64,000 bases of DNA, taken from positions 1,550,001 through 1,614,000 of the forward strand of contig JBLDXI010000024.1 of NCBI GenBank assembly GCA_047495785.1, read 5' to 3'. The number at the start of each line of letters is the position of its first letter. The first letter of the stretch is position 1. Positions 50,601 to 63,300 of the stretch are shown here, piece by piece. The stretch comes from Lepidodermella squamata (taxonomy: Eukaryota; Animalia; Gastrotricha). The notes under the pieces are model-generated. The model worked only from the letters and a program-made list of their open reading frames with translations, ran no database searches and was not told the DNA's origin. The position numbers and the translations under genes were made by a program.

Positions 50601-53600
50601 AATCGGCGAGAAAATCGACATCATCGTATCGTCATCGAACGATTCGATCGCGATTGTATTGAAGTGACGCGTGAATCGAGACGTGACGTCATTTCGCCCT
50701 CCCCCGGGCGGCGTCATCGCCGTACACATCGTAATGCCGGCGAGGTTCAAAACACTGGTATCTTTCCGGTCAAACCAGTAGCCGTGATCAATAAATTGCC
50801 GTAAAACTTCAATAGGAGGCTGGGCGCCGTACTTCTCCTTCATCGGCATGTTGAGATCATCGACGAATACGACCATCTGCTTACCGGGCGGAGGGCCGTA
50901 CGTCCCTCGGCCTCGCTTCTCCAGCTTCGAGAAAATAATGTCCTGAGTTTGATTCGCAGTCGTCTGAGCTGAGAAATTTACGTTGTTAATCACGTATTTA
51001 TCTCGATTTAACTTCATTAGGAAGTTATTGGTAATCGCCGACTTCCCGGTACCAGTCGGCCCGACAAACATTATCGGCTTATCTTTCATCAGAACGAGTT
51101 CGAGAAAGTACTTCTGCCTCGCAGTTTCAGTTGTGTGGATGATAAGTTCATTGACCTTGGTCCTATCGTCCAGAGCCACTTTTTCGACGAGATTAGTCCA
51201 CGGCGACCATTGCGGCGCCATTTGGTGGCGATCGAAAAAGAACTCGTAGATCGACCCCTTGCCAGGGAACAGGTACTTCTTCTCAACAATCAACGCTGGC
51301 GGTTTCGGGTAGTCGGTCATCTTGCCCTGGATGAGCTCTTTGAAGAACTCGTCGAATTTCACGCGGGAGTGGCCGTCCAACGTCCCGCCGACTGACCAAA
51401 TGCAGGAGAACATGAAATAGCAGAAAAGACACTGATTCTGCTGCTCGAACAGCTTTTCGTTCTGTTCAGCCATCATTTTCGAGAAGGCCTCCTCGCTCAG
51501 CTCTTCTACAGCCTGATCCCCACCCTCCGTAGGTTCAGTCGCGGCAACTGGGGCGTCCAAATCATCGCCATCCTCGCGGCCTATCGCCCGAACTTCGTCG
51601 AGTAAACACGAGTAGAGCTTCAATAAATTAGTCGCAAGGTGCATTGGGTGGCATTTTAGGTACTGGTTGCAATTACGCCCGATATAGGCGATACAAGCCG
51701 GGACAATCCAGTCGTAGAGCGATTGGACTATCAGTTTTTGATCTGCCGTGAATTGCTGAGCCATTTCCCTGGCTATCCATGATTTAACTAGGGGGTCAAG
51801 GCCGAGTTGCAACGGCTCCATGTAGATCATACCGCATCGAGATACGGTAGCCGGGCTGGCTTGTTCGAGGTCTTGAGGCTCGAAAATCATGTTCTGTTTA
51901 CCTGACATTTGAATGATTTCCCCGGACATAAGACACAGCTTTTTGTTATCGTCCAATACCGTGTTCATATTTTCGATCCAAACCGCATCGACTGGCCCGT
52001 CGAAAATGATCCATTTCCTATCTTCGGACGTATCAATCGCATGTTCTCGGAAGGTGTTGGCTAGAATTCCGTCCGACCATTCGTGGGAAATCGGGTCGAA
52101 CCTCCCGTAAAGTTGGCCCATAGTCACGGCTTTCGGGTTGATAATTCGATATTGAACGCAGTACTCTTCCATCAATTTCGACTCGTTCAAATCGGCAAGA
52201 GCTGCCGCCAGGGTCTTGAATGCCGTAGTTTTCCCGCCTAACGGGTCTCCGACAATCATCAGGCCATGTCGGACGAGAATCATGTCGTAGACCTGGATGA
52301 TCTTCTCGATGAACCACGGAACAGATTGTAAGAAATGCTTCTCTAAATTAGCATTCAAAGCCGCGTCCAAATGGGTGTAGTCAGGTTTCTGCCGTTCCGC
52401 GCCCGGGAAAAGATCTGATAAAATACCCTCGAACAACGGAATGTCCTGGGCTAAGAATTTCGGTAGATTGACATCGATAATCGACTTCAAGACCAGCACA
52501 TCTTCCTTCTGATCCGGGTAACGAAGTTTCAAATTACCAGCGGCAGTTAGGACAGATTTGACGGCTCTCATGCCGTAGTCGTAGTGATGCTGTGAAGAAA
52601 GCTGCTCGGAACAAAGTTTGTAAGTCGCAACTATTTTAGTTGCCAAACTTCGAGCGTCGACGAAACCCATCGAGTACAAGCTGATTTCAGCAATCATCGC
52701 GTAATCAGGGACCATCATAGCCACAGTTCGGAACAGGACCTTCAAATTGTCCGGCAAATCAGACCGACCGGCGTAACCAGGGTTCATTGTGATAACTGTA
52801 ATTTCAAATAAATGCCATTATTCAAAAATGAGAATTTTTAATAAAAGTCACGGACAGCATTTTCGTCATCAATTTTTCTTGCGAACCCCATTCTAACGAA
52901 AATTTGAGGAACGTTTACCCCAGAATAGAACTATCGACTGGCGAAAACCGCATCAAAAAATTCCTCATGGTTATGAAGTTATTAAAAAAAGCTATAGGCA
53001 AAAAAGTTTGCGCATACTTTAATTAAGGAGGACTTTTTTAGTTTGAAAAACTTACAAATAGTGCACGAGTCGTCTAGTGTTAGAGGGGTTCCTTCGAAAA
53101 TGAATGTCTCAAGATGTTCAGCTATAGCCCTTTGAATGGTCTGGACCTGCTGGGCAATGACGGATAGTACCTCAAGATCGATTCGATTGAACTCATCGAA
53201 ACAGGCCCAAGCTCCTGATTGAGCCAGGCCTTTGAAGAACTTGCCCATGGCCTTATAATCAAGACCATCCGAACAGTTGAAAACAATGCATTGCTTCGCG
53301 ACAGCTTTCGCCAAATCCTTCGACGTCTCAGTCTTGCCTGTTCCAGCTGGACCTTCCGGGGCGCCTCCAAGGTTCAACTTAAGCGCCCCTAGAAGGGTTC
53401 GATAACACCTGTCTGTCAACGGGGTGATGACTAGGCGACCAGTATTGCCCAGATATTCATAGCCGTAAGGTACGTCAGTCGTTATCATATGGACTTGGAC
53501 GACCTCCTTAATGAAGTAATATCGAAGTTGAGACGACCAGGCAAAATCGCCTGGGTTCGAAATGTTCGCCTTAGCCAATTGCTCCACGACATCGCGAGCG

Positions 53601-56600
53601 TGGACGTCGATTACAATCAAGGCGCCCAGGGTGATTCGCTCCATTTTCGACCTTTGACCCCGAACCATGGCGACTATGTCATCGATTTGTTTAGTACACT
53701 TCGCCGTGTATTCATGCAAGCCATTCGGCTGTTTTGTCATAGCCTCGCTAACCTCAGCTGTCCAGTGGACGGTTGAAGCAGCTATAACAACCTGGCCAGG
53801 GTGTTGTAGCACCCACTCTTTCCGGTCAGTTTGGGCGTAAGACTCGACGGCTAGTTTCATCAATCGCTTCAAACTTGACCTCATGACTCGTTCGACCTGT
53901 TGCAGCCAGACTTCGACCAACCCATGAGCTTCTGACGGGTCGATAATTATGTCGAAAAGGACCTTTTCCTTCTCCGCACTCTCCATGTGAGTCGCAATTT
54001 TGTTCGCGTTGAATGTCAACTGGGCGATGCCTTCGAAGCACTTCTTCAAATGCGGCTGGACTCGAAGCGGGTCGCGAGTTTCCGACAAAATTTCGAGCAA
54101 CTCGTCGTTCGATAGGAAGAAGAACCTCGGGAAGAAAAGTCGCTTCTTCTCGAGGTATTCATTCAGCCCGCGCTCAATCGCGTCTAACATTGACTCGGAT
54201 TTTCGAAGTTTTTCCAACATATTCGGCTGCGACATGACAGCTAGAGCTTGCGTGTCAACAAGCGATTGATTCATGATTTCCCGCCAATACAGATCGACCT
54301 CCTCAAACATTTTGCCTTCAGTCGGCATTTGGTTGCGAATGTCCTCAGAGCCGAAAATTGGGACTAGATACAACCACGCGGCTTGAACTCTGAGCCAAGA
54401 ATCCATAATAGCCTTCATTCTCACCAGTTTTTCATCCCATTCGTTGACCTCATTCGCGAATGGCCCGATGAAGGGTGAGCTTTTCATGGTCATAGTCTTG
54501 ACGGAATGATCGTCCAGCATAACTTGAATATCATCAACTGCGGAGAGAATCGAGACACCGGTATCTTTGTAGGGCACGAAGACGAAGAAAAGCGATTGCC
54601 AATCGATTTTCATCTTTGACAACGCCTTTTCGAGGGCAAATTCTTTGCTGGCATTCGAAGAGATCTCCTGTAGCTCAGGTAAAATCCGCTCGAGGTTCAT
54701 TTGCAGCATTTCAGACAACGGGGTCGTCTCAGTTGGAGTTACAGCTGCTCCAAACTAAATTTTAAAAATTTGATAGAAAATCAAGTAAAATTAGACCAAA
54801 CGGCCCATATTGAGTACACGGCTAAAATTGAGGTTCCAGCCCTAAATTTAGGCGTTCTGGCATTACTTTTATCCCCGTGACGCTTGGGATACCATCAGAA
54901 AATTAGAAATGGCTCGATATGCCAAAATTAGAAACATTTCAGATTTTGATTCCAAGACTTGTAATACCAGAAAATCACTGATTTGTAAAATCGATACTTG
55001 GAATCGATATCTGCTCTAATGGCTGAAATATAGCTCGCAAACTGATCGCCGATAGCTCAAAATACGCGTAATAGTGAGATCTATCGATTAGGCTTGATAA
55101 TGAAGCAAAGCGGTTCTATAGGAAAATCAAACTCGTAAAATGAATTTTTTTTTAATTTAATGCTGGAGCCTCAAATTTAGAGCAGGAACCCTAAAGTTAA
55201 TGGTATATAAATTTGAAATGTTTACCTTTTGATTGATTTGTTCCCAATGTCGCTCCTTGAGACCAGGATTGCAAATCGCGATGATCAGCGGCATTTGAAT
55301 CCTGAATTTTTCCAGTCGACTTTTCATAGTCTGAGCAGCTCTGAACGGGGCTTTCGTATCCGGCCTCGAGAAAATTTTAATCAATTTGTAAATTCCCTTC
55401 CACAAGCTTTCGATTTGTTCCTCAACTTGACTAGCATCAACCGACCGCATAGGCCCATTCAACCAGCCATCAATTTGCTGGCCGAAATTAAGAACGGCAT
55501 TCCACAATTTGTCGTAAGGCTCTTTCCGCATCTGAAGCTGGGCAATCTGGTTGAAGGGCGTCGTCTCCTCGTTGCCGATGAGTTGCTCTTCTCGATTAAT
55601 CTGCCCCTTTTCGCGGTTGTAATCCTCCAGAATTTTGCCGATTTCAAGCAGTTCATCACAGTTTTGCTGAGCCTCGCCGATTCGATCTTTTTGAGAAAAC
55701 TCCTTCAAACGTTTCCCGAGTTGGTCTAATCGATCGGTGAAGTCCTTCCGCCATTTGTCTAGACGAATAACAGCGTTATCAAACAGCTCTTGAAGCCGTT
55801 CTTCAGCTTGGTTAATGACAGGTTTGATACGATCAGGCCATTGGAACGTGGTGTTAACCATAATGATGTGTTCATCCTCGAAAATGACGTAATCAAACAC
55901 AAATGACACGTATTCAGCCGCCTGGCGGACTTTGTCAATGGTCAACGTAATCAATTCACCACCTTGCAGCGTTTCGAGATATTTCTGAAGGTTCACTATG
56001 TCTTCAGTTGATTCAGGGAATGACGACAGTTTCCGATTTATCACATCGAACTGACTACACATCCCGCGGCAATACGTTTCAGTTTTATCGGCGATGAATT
56101 TGATCAGTTGATCAGCCAGCGAATTCGCCCGGTTTATCAGCCAGCCGTTCATGTTACGGCAGTCGAGTAACATCAAATTATGCGCGACTTCTTCGGGTAA
56201 CATAGCGGCATTGTTCGCCAGCTCTCTGAAACGCGCGATTTCTTTCGCAAGATCGCGCAGATCGCGAGGTTTAGCCAAAAATCGAGCGACATGCTTGTCA
56301 CCCTCTTCGCCGTTGATGAAGTTGAACTGGTCGTAGATCATCATGTAACGTTCAGGCCCGGGTATGTTAGCTTTCAGGACAGCTGTTAAGCGCTGTTTTG
56401 ACTTTGAAACGACCTCCTCCCAATCTCGGATTGTTCTGATGTATTTGACTCGAAGGCCGGGGATTGGTTGGAAGAGGCGAAATTCGATTCGAGTCAGTGA
56501 TTGAACCGACTGGATCATCATATCGACAACTTCGTGCAGCATGCCTTCGAATTCGGCGAAGGTTGGGCTCATGAAACGCGACTTTTTCGGGTCAGGATTT

Positions 56601-59210
56601 GGGGATGCATTCTAGAAAGAAATTCAAAAAATATTTCATAAAAAAACCGTAACAAGGTGAAATTGGACACTTCTGGCTTTGGAACGATAATAAATTTTAA
56701 ATGAAATAAAGGTTGGAACGAAAACCAATTTTTGAATTTTTTTAAAAGCAGGGCAATGTCGGATGTCGACTTCATATATACCTCAAAAATAACGATTTTT
56801 AGATGAATTTTAAAATGAGGAATCTCTAAGCATTGCTCTCTGTAAAAATTGGGAAAAAATCGAATGATCTTGTTGGCAAGGCAAAATGAACTTCAGACGC
56901 AAAATTAGAAAATTTTAGCCCCTAAAAAAGGCTACTTAGAATACCAATTTTTTTTCTTGAAAACAGCTCATAATTTTTTTTAAATTTTAGCCAAGGTTCA
57001 ATGGAAACTCTGTGAAGTCTTAAGGTACCTAGTTTTGTATGCTATTGAGCGACCAAAATTACCCAATAATTTCCCAACCTTTAACAAAAATTTGAAGTGC
57101 AACATTGTCTCAACTTGTTTTGAATTTGATATTGCTAAAAAGCAGGTAAAATAATAATAATAACTTCCAATGAAATTGCCAAAAATCAATTAAATTTCTT
57201 AAAATCGCAAAAATTTCAACACTGATCAGAAAATTTTTTCCCTAAACTGGTCCAAAATATCAAAATTTTCAGATTTAACGCTGATTTTTAATTCTAGAAA
57301 AACCAATTGCCGTTCATAGTTACCCTATAAGTGTTTGATAATTCAAAAATCTTACCAGAAATATTCTGAACGGCAAAGGCCTGATTGGTTGAAATTCGGT
57401 AGCGAAAATTTTATAGCTGCCTTCGTAAGCATTGCCCTTGGCGTAGAGTTCCGCCCATTCGACCAGCTCAGTCAACGTGTCGTGCACAAAACTGCGCAAC
57501 AAGTGCGACATGAGAGCGCCAACAGTCGCAAACATTTTATCCATTTTCATCTGCCGCAAATCCGGCTTAGGCGGCATGCTGCGCTCGATTTGATCGCGAC
57601 TTTGATGCACGATCAAGCAGCACTCTGGCAGCCAGTCGTTGTCAAGAATGAACACGGCTCGTTCAATCGACGTCTTGACATTCGCGTGGAATGTCTCCAG
57701 GGTCATCGGTGCTTGTGCGATTAAAGCCGGTAAATCAATCAAGCGGAACGAGCCGTATTTTAAGGCGGTGTGTTTCGCAATTTCTTGCATAATCGGCTGT
57801 AAATTCGGTATATCGTTGAAAAATGTGAATCTCAGTTTCGACATGGTGTCTTTCCAAGGGAAGCCCCAACGCCCGGCGGTTACTGACGGTTTCGGCGGCA
57901 GTTCGACCCCGAGCCGAACCTGCTCCGCCTTATCAAGTAAAATGTACTGTAATTGAGCAACTCGAATAGCCCGGTTAAATTGCTGCTTCGCGTCCTCGAT
58001 TTCGACTTCCAAAGACTTCTCTCGCTGCTTCAATTTTTCCGGGACTAATTTCAAAATATTCGTCAGCCAGGTCGGCGCCAAGGGTGCGACAAATTGAGGG
58101 TCTATAGCGTTGTCGGCGAGGCTGAAAAACCGCGGCACGTCGCGGTCTATGGGCGTGCTAGGGCGTGACAAGCCGATGGTAGATGTAAACCAGGGCGGGA
58201 ATTCAACAGCTAGACACCGCTGAGTATCAGGATCGTGAGTGGGTATTTGTTTCCGAGCCATCAAATCAGCCTTTCTCCTTTTCCGCTCCTCTTGCTTTGT
58301 CAATTTACGAATTGGCTCGTCGAAGGTCACGTGACCTAAAAATTGGCTCAAATCATCCGGGCTGGTATTTGCGATTGGCGGCAGAACCGGCTGAGGGTTG
58401 AGATCGAGGCTTTTCGATAATTTTTGCCCCGGTAAGTCATCTTGATTAGGATTGCTTTGTTTTCGTTTTGTTAAGTTAGGTTTCGATTTTGAGACGTGGG
58501 GCTTGGGTTGCGGCCGGATTTTGCTTTGTTCGTACAGAACGCGGACATCTAAATCACGAGCTGCTGGGGAGTAATTGTTGCCGATAGTGTCGCTAACACC
58601 ACGGCTGAAGGCGAGTTCTTTCACGGGACAGCTTTGGGTCAAAGCGCCGCGGTCAATAATACGAGGCCGCTCGCTAAAAGCAGGCTGGAAAAATCAACAG
58701 AACAATTTAAAAAAATCCAGCTTAATAAATTTTTAATTGAATTTTGAAATATTTATTAAACTTACCGGTATATGGCCTGTGTAAACGGGATTTTTACGTT
58801 GCTTTCGTAATTTTTTCTCAATGAAATTTTTAATAGATAAATCCTCCTGGAGGTAAGAATATTTTTTCTCCATTTTTAATGGAGTAGTGCACTTCAGTAA
58901 TTCAGATTTGTTATGACCAGCAAATCTACTGCAGTTATTTTGACTGAAATAAAAATCGATGCCTGCTCACCTCGTTTACGGAAAGCGGTGCTAAGTGATT
59001 GAAGAAACTCGGCCGTAAATTGGCTTCGAATTCGTTCGGCTTGCCGATACGCTCAGCCCACATTGCGCTAGGCAGCACACCGGGTGGCGACGGTGACTTG
59101 CCATTTTTCTGCTTCTCGAGTATTTCCGAAATATAAATTCGATAAGAATAAAGTAACAAACTCACCTCAGGCGGCTTCAGGTTCGATTTGTGCCGCGTGA
59201 GTACTGACAT
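41675..59210 (-). CDS. DNAH3: Axonemal inner-arm dynein heavy chain 3-like, conserved copy A
   Basis: About 18 exons, including 59210-59166, about 59114-58971, 58891-58766, 58684-57356, 56611-55226, 54754-53056, 52795-50106, 50056-49631, 49079-48177, 48011-47454, 46878-46745, 46690-45886, 45827-45667, 44383-43324, 43141-about 42334, 42238-42203, 42090-41980 and 41881-41675. Canonical [23 protein letters not shown] and VFVDDLNMP motifs. N-terminal [15 protein letters not shown] resembles DNAH3; the subfamily call is from memory. Confidence 0.9.
44405..45640. mobile_element. TIR-bounded element (44603-45447) flanked by about 200-bp direct repeats, filling a dynein A intron
   Basis: TIR ATAAGACCGTTAACAAGTGAAAACTGG (44603-44629) matches the reverse complement of 45421-45447 at 25/27. 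Direct repeats 44405-44604 and 45444-45640 are highly similar. Confidence 0.7.
47031..47405 (+). CDS. Small secreted prepropeptide nested antisense in dynein A intron 46879-47453
   Basis: Exons 47031-47180 and 47229-47405 with a GTAAGA..TTCTAG 48-nt intron. Signal [26 protein letters not shown] sites, ends [23 protein letters not shown]. Confidence 0.7.
54820..55200. repeat. Dispersed intronic repeat family, copy 4
   Basis: AAAATTGAGGTTCCAGC...TTCCAAGACTTGTAATACCAGAAAATCACTGATTTGTAAAATCGATACTTGGAATCGATATC. Confidence 0.7.
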
Positions 59211-60368
59211 TGAAAAATTCTCCAGAGCGGAAATTTGTTAGTAACACAGCATTATTAAGAGAAAATGCCACTCCCCCTCCTAGAAAAATTTCAAGAGTTC
59301 GTTGTTATTGTGTACAAGGGGTTAACAAGCTTAAACTTTCTGATAAGGCTAAAGCTATGCTGCGTATACCGTTTTTTCTCTCAACTTCTATTGTTTTGGC
59401 AGACGGCGTTCGATTTTTCCGATATTGTAATACGTCACCGGTCGCCTAGGTGCTGCCTATCTTAAGCTATAGCTGAGCGCACCTTGGCGAACTATCTATC
59501 AGCCGTTAAATTTTTCGCCTGATAAAGGCTAGAACGTAGTTGTTTGGCATTAAAAATTGATAGTGCACCCCGACGCACGTGTGCATAAAGCGTAAAAGCA
59601 CTGCGAGTATCTTCTATTTTTTCTGAGTGTGGCAGTAGGTATTTAAGGTGGTGTCTCCGGTCATTGATTACAGGTTAATGATTAAAATAATCAAAACATC
59701 TCAATCACAGCAATAACACCTTCCTTATATTTGGAAAGACAAAGAGCCGCATAGAAACTGTAGAATGCATGGCGATATCTTCTGAATCAGCTTTGAAAAT
59801 GAAAGCTGCGTAGTGTTTTTGAGGTTGTTTATCACTCGTTGACCGACCTAATTTTGTAGCGATTATTGTTGGTAATAAAACATGATGGTTTTATTGCTTT
59901 TATTGCTTGTGTGCGAGTAAGGTTTCTGATTTCACGCACTATTTTCGAGACGATTTTCACGCACGGGCTTTCCCAATTGGCTTTCACAAGTTTTTGCTTT
60001 TTATCAGTGCATCGAAGCTGAAAATTCGTGAACCGCGACGGAAATTCGTATGCAACGTGGTACGAGAAGAGACAGCAAGAATTTACTGTAGTTGAAAAGA
60101 ATGAGAGCTCCAGGTGGGTTGAAGGTTTGAAAATGACGCTGAACTTTTTTCTAGCTGCAAAAAATTGTTGCGTTGGCAAGTCAAACGTGTTGGTCCTGTC
60201 TTATTATAATACCTTCTAACAGCAGCTAACACGTGGGTGGATGTTCGCTGGAATTAACAGGGCTAAGGCTGAAATTATAAGCTTGTGCTGAGGTTTTCAA
60301 AACAAATAGTATCATTTCCTGAATTTGTAGCTTTGTTGATACGAACATAAATTTTACAAAATAAATTA

Positions 60369-63300
60369 ATGAAAAGCATTGATTTTACTCTCGACTTGCT
60401 CGTATTAGCAAGTGTGACAAGCTTGGCAATCGGATGCTTATCAACCTCGGGAACAGCAACTTCTGGAGATACTTCTGCTGCGAGTAAAATTACCGGCTCA
60501 GATTCTTCCGGATCTGTAATCAGTGCGAAAGATCCTACAGCACCGACTGGCACAGTATCGAAACCTGCGGCGGGGACGGATTCCAAAGATGGTGGTGTCG
60601 CGACAACTACAACAGAACCCAAGATAGTCACTGCAGTTCTGAACAATGACATCCCCGGCTTGAAGAAGGAGTTGGAAGGCGGAGCGAGTCCAAATACCGT
60701 AGACCGCCAAGGGACACCTGTACTCATTCTAGCAATCAGGAAGAACTTCTTCGACATGGTTACTGTTCTTCTGGATGCCAAAGCTTCCACCGAAGCGCCA
60801 GCCAATGGTCGTAATACTCCCCTGATGGAGGCCGCGAGGGCCTATTGCGACGCTGCAACTGGTCCTAGAGTCATTGATTTACTCCTAGAACGAGGCGCCT
60901 CGGTTATCCCATCCAACGGGGATGGAGCTTCCGCGGTTCATATGGCATCTTGCGATGTTACCATTCTCAAGAAATTTGTTGTAAAAGGCGCGGTAATTGA
61001 TTCAGTCGACAACAACGGAACTTCCGTATTGATGTTTTCGACAAGATTTGTCACATCGGACTACGCGACCCGTCTAGCAGCGATTGTTACCATTGGCGCC
61101 GATTTCAAAAAAGTCGACAAGCAAGGCCGAAATGTTTTATTTTACTTGACAGCTCCGATAGTTGTCAAAAACTACTCAAGCTCTGTGACGTTTGATGTGA
61201 CAGCTGTCAGGATTGAGGCGTTCAAAGGGTTTCTTGCACTTGGTCTTACAGCTGCGGAAACTGCTTCGACCAATATCATGGCTGCTGCTTGTCGCCCTGA
61301 TATCGACAGGAATTTCTTCAATTTCCTTGCGTCAATATTCACGTGCCCAGCCACTTGCAACATGTGCTCGAGTTCGGTAAGATCTTTTGAGCTTCCCGAG
61401 TTAGAAATAGCGAAATACTTGATTGTATGTTACAGAATCCTTCTCAGCCTGAAATTGTTACAGCTGTTCAAAATAACGATCTGAACACTGTTACGAGAAT
61501 TTTGTCAACTAACGCGGACGCTGTTAACGCCGTCGACCCATCAACCGGAGAAGCCATTCTCCTCACAGCGATCCGCAAAAATTTCATCGACATCGCTCGT
61601 CTCCTCATTTCGAAAGCCAACGTTAACCTTGAAGTTCGAACACCAAGTACAAGCGCTTCGGGAGCCGGATGGACGCCGATTCTCCTAGCCTTCAGCATGA
61701 ATTGTCAGTTCGGGAATACGCCGATCATCAGGGCACTCATTGACGCGAAAGCCTCGGTCACTTCGACTACCCTTGATCGCAAAATCACTGCTCTTCACAT
61801 CGGCGGTTGCGATCTGTCAGTTTTCGATGCTTTACTTGCAGATGGTCCAAATGTGAATGCGGTTGATGTTGAAGGATCGACCCCAATCATGTGGGCCGTG
61901 AGGGATGCTCGACCTGATCTTTTGAGTCGTTTGGCGAAACTCACTGCAAACGGCGCTGATTTGTCGAAGCGAGATAACGGGGGTAGGAATGTGTTGTTCT
62001 ACGCTGTTGGTCCTCTTCCTGTGGCAACAACAGCAGCAGGCACTGTTCCCAATGGATATCCAAGTGGCTACAACCCAGCTCCCACTCGCTTAGCAGCTCT
62101 TCAGTTCTTCGAGACAAAAGGAATGACCTTAGACGACAAAGACTCTGCTGGAAAAACGTTGATTTCCTACGCTTGCCCAAATGACGATAGTGTCTTCTAT
62201 TACATCGCTACTAAAGCAAATGTTTGTGCTACAGATTGCCCCAAGCGCTCGACGGTAATTTTTCTTTCTCGTAAAAACCGCAAAAGGTTTGACTTTTTTA
62301 ATGAATTTTGCTTGTAGAATGCTTTGCTAACAGCTGTAATCTGCGGGAACTTGGACGCTGTAAATGCCGCTCTAGCGATTACAGGAACTGATCCGAACAC
62401 AATTGATCCATCGTCGAGAGAAACTGTTTTGCACATCGCAATCAGGAAGAATTCATTGGCTATTGTAAATGCTCTTCTTGCGAAAGGCGCTGATGTTGAG
62501 AAAAGAACTCCGGTCGCCAATGCCGCAACAGCCGTACCCGGTGGCAATACTGCAATCATACTAGCCGCTAGTTTTAGCTGTGGGATCGATAATATCGAAC
62601 TGATCAAGGCGATTCTAGCGAAAAATCCGCAGATAAATGCTGCGAACGAAAGAGGCCTTACAGCACTTCATTACGGATCATGCAAAGGCGCTGTTATCGA
62701 GTTACTAATCGCTGCTTCCGCCAATGTCAACGCGATCGATGTTGAAGGCAATACAGCTTTAATGCGAGCGACGAATGAAGTTCGAGATAGTTTGCTGATT
62801 TCTCGAGTCAACAAATTCCTGAGCGCTACTGGTTTCGACTTAGCGAAAACCAACAGTCAAGGTAGAAATGTTCTATGGTTTGCAGCGGGTCCGTTTCAGC
62901 CTTCAAGTGGCTCAACCTTCACCGCTGCAGATATGTCTGCATTGAGACTCGAGGCCTTGAAACTTTTCGAAAGCAAGGGCTTGAGTCTTGATGCCAAGGA
63001 CAATTCTGGAAAGACTCTGACATCCTATTCGTGCCAGTTCGACGAGACAATTTTCAACTACATTCTTAGCAAAACTTCTTGCCCTGCAGATTGCGTCAGG
63101 TGCGCAGATGTGAGTCCAAATTCTTTTCTCTACAGCAGAATTTTCAAGATTGTTATTTCCAGTCCGCTCAAAAACTTGTGACCGCAGTTCAGAATGGAGT
63201 TCTAGCAGATGTTACAAACGCTCTAAGCTCTGGAGCTGATCCAAACACCATCGACCCAGCTACAGGCTGGAATGTGATTCACTTAGCTATTCGGAAAAAC

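Noticed and set aside
20314-59210. Fragmented dynein ORFs as frameshifted pseudogenes
   Set aside because: Every break coincides with plausible splice sites that restore frame and homology.
60369-60440. Bacterial lipobox (LAIG-C) implying contamination
   Set aside because: The match to the lipobox is imperfect, and the gene has regular spliceosomal introns.
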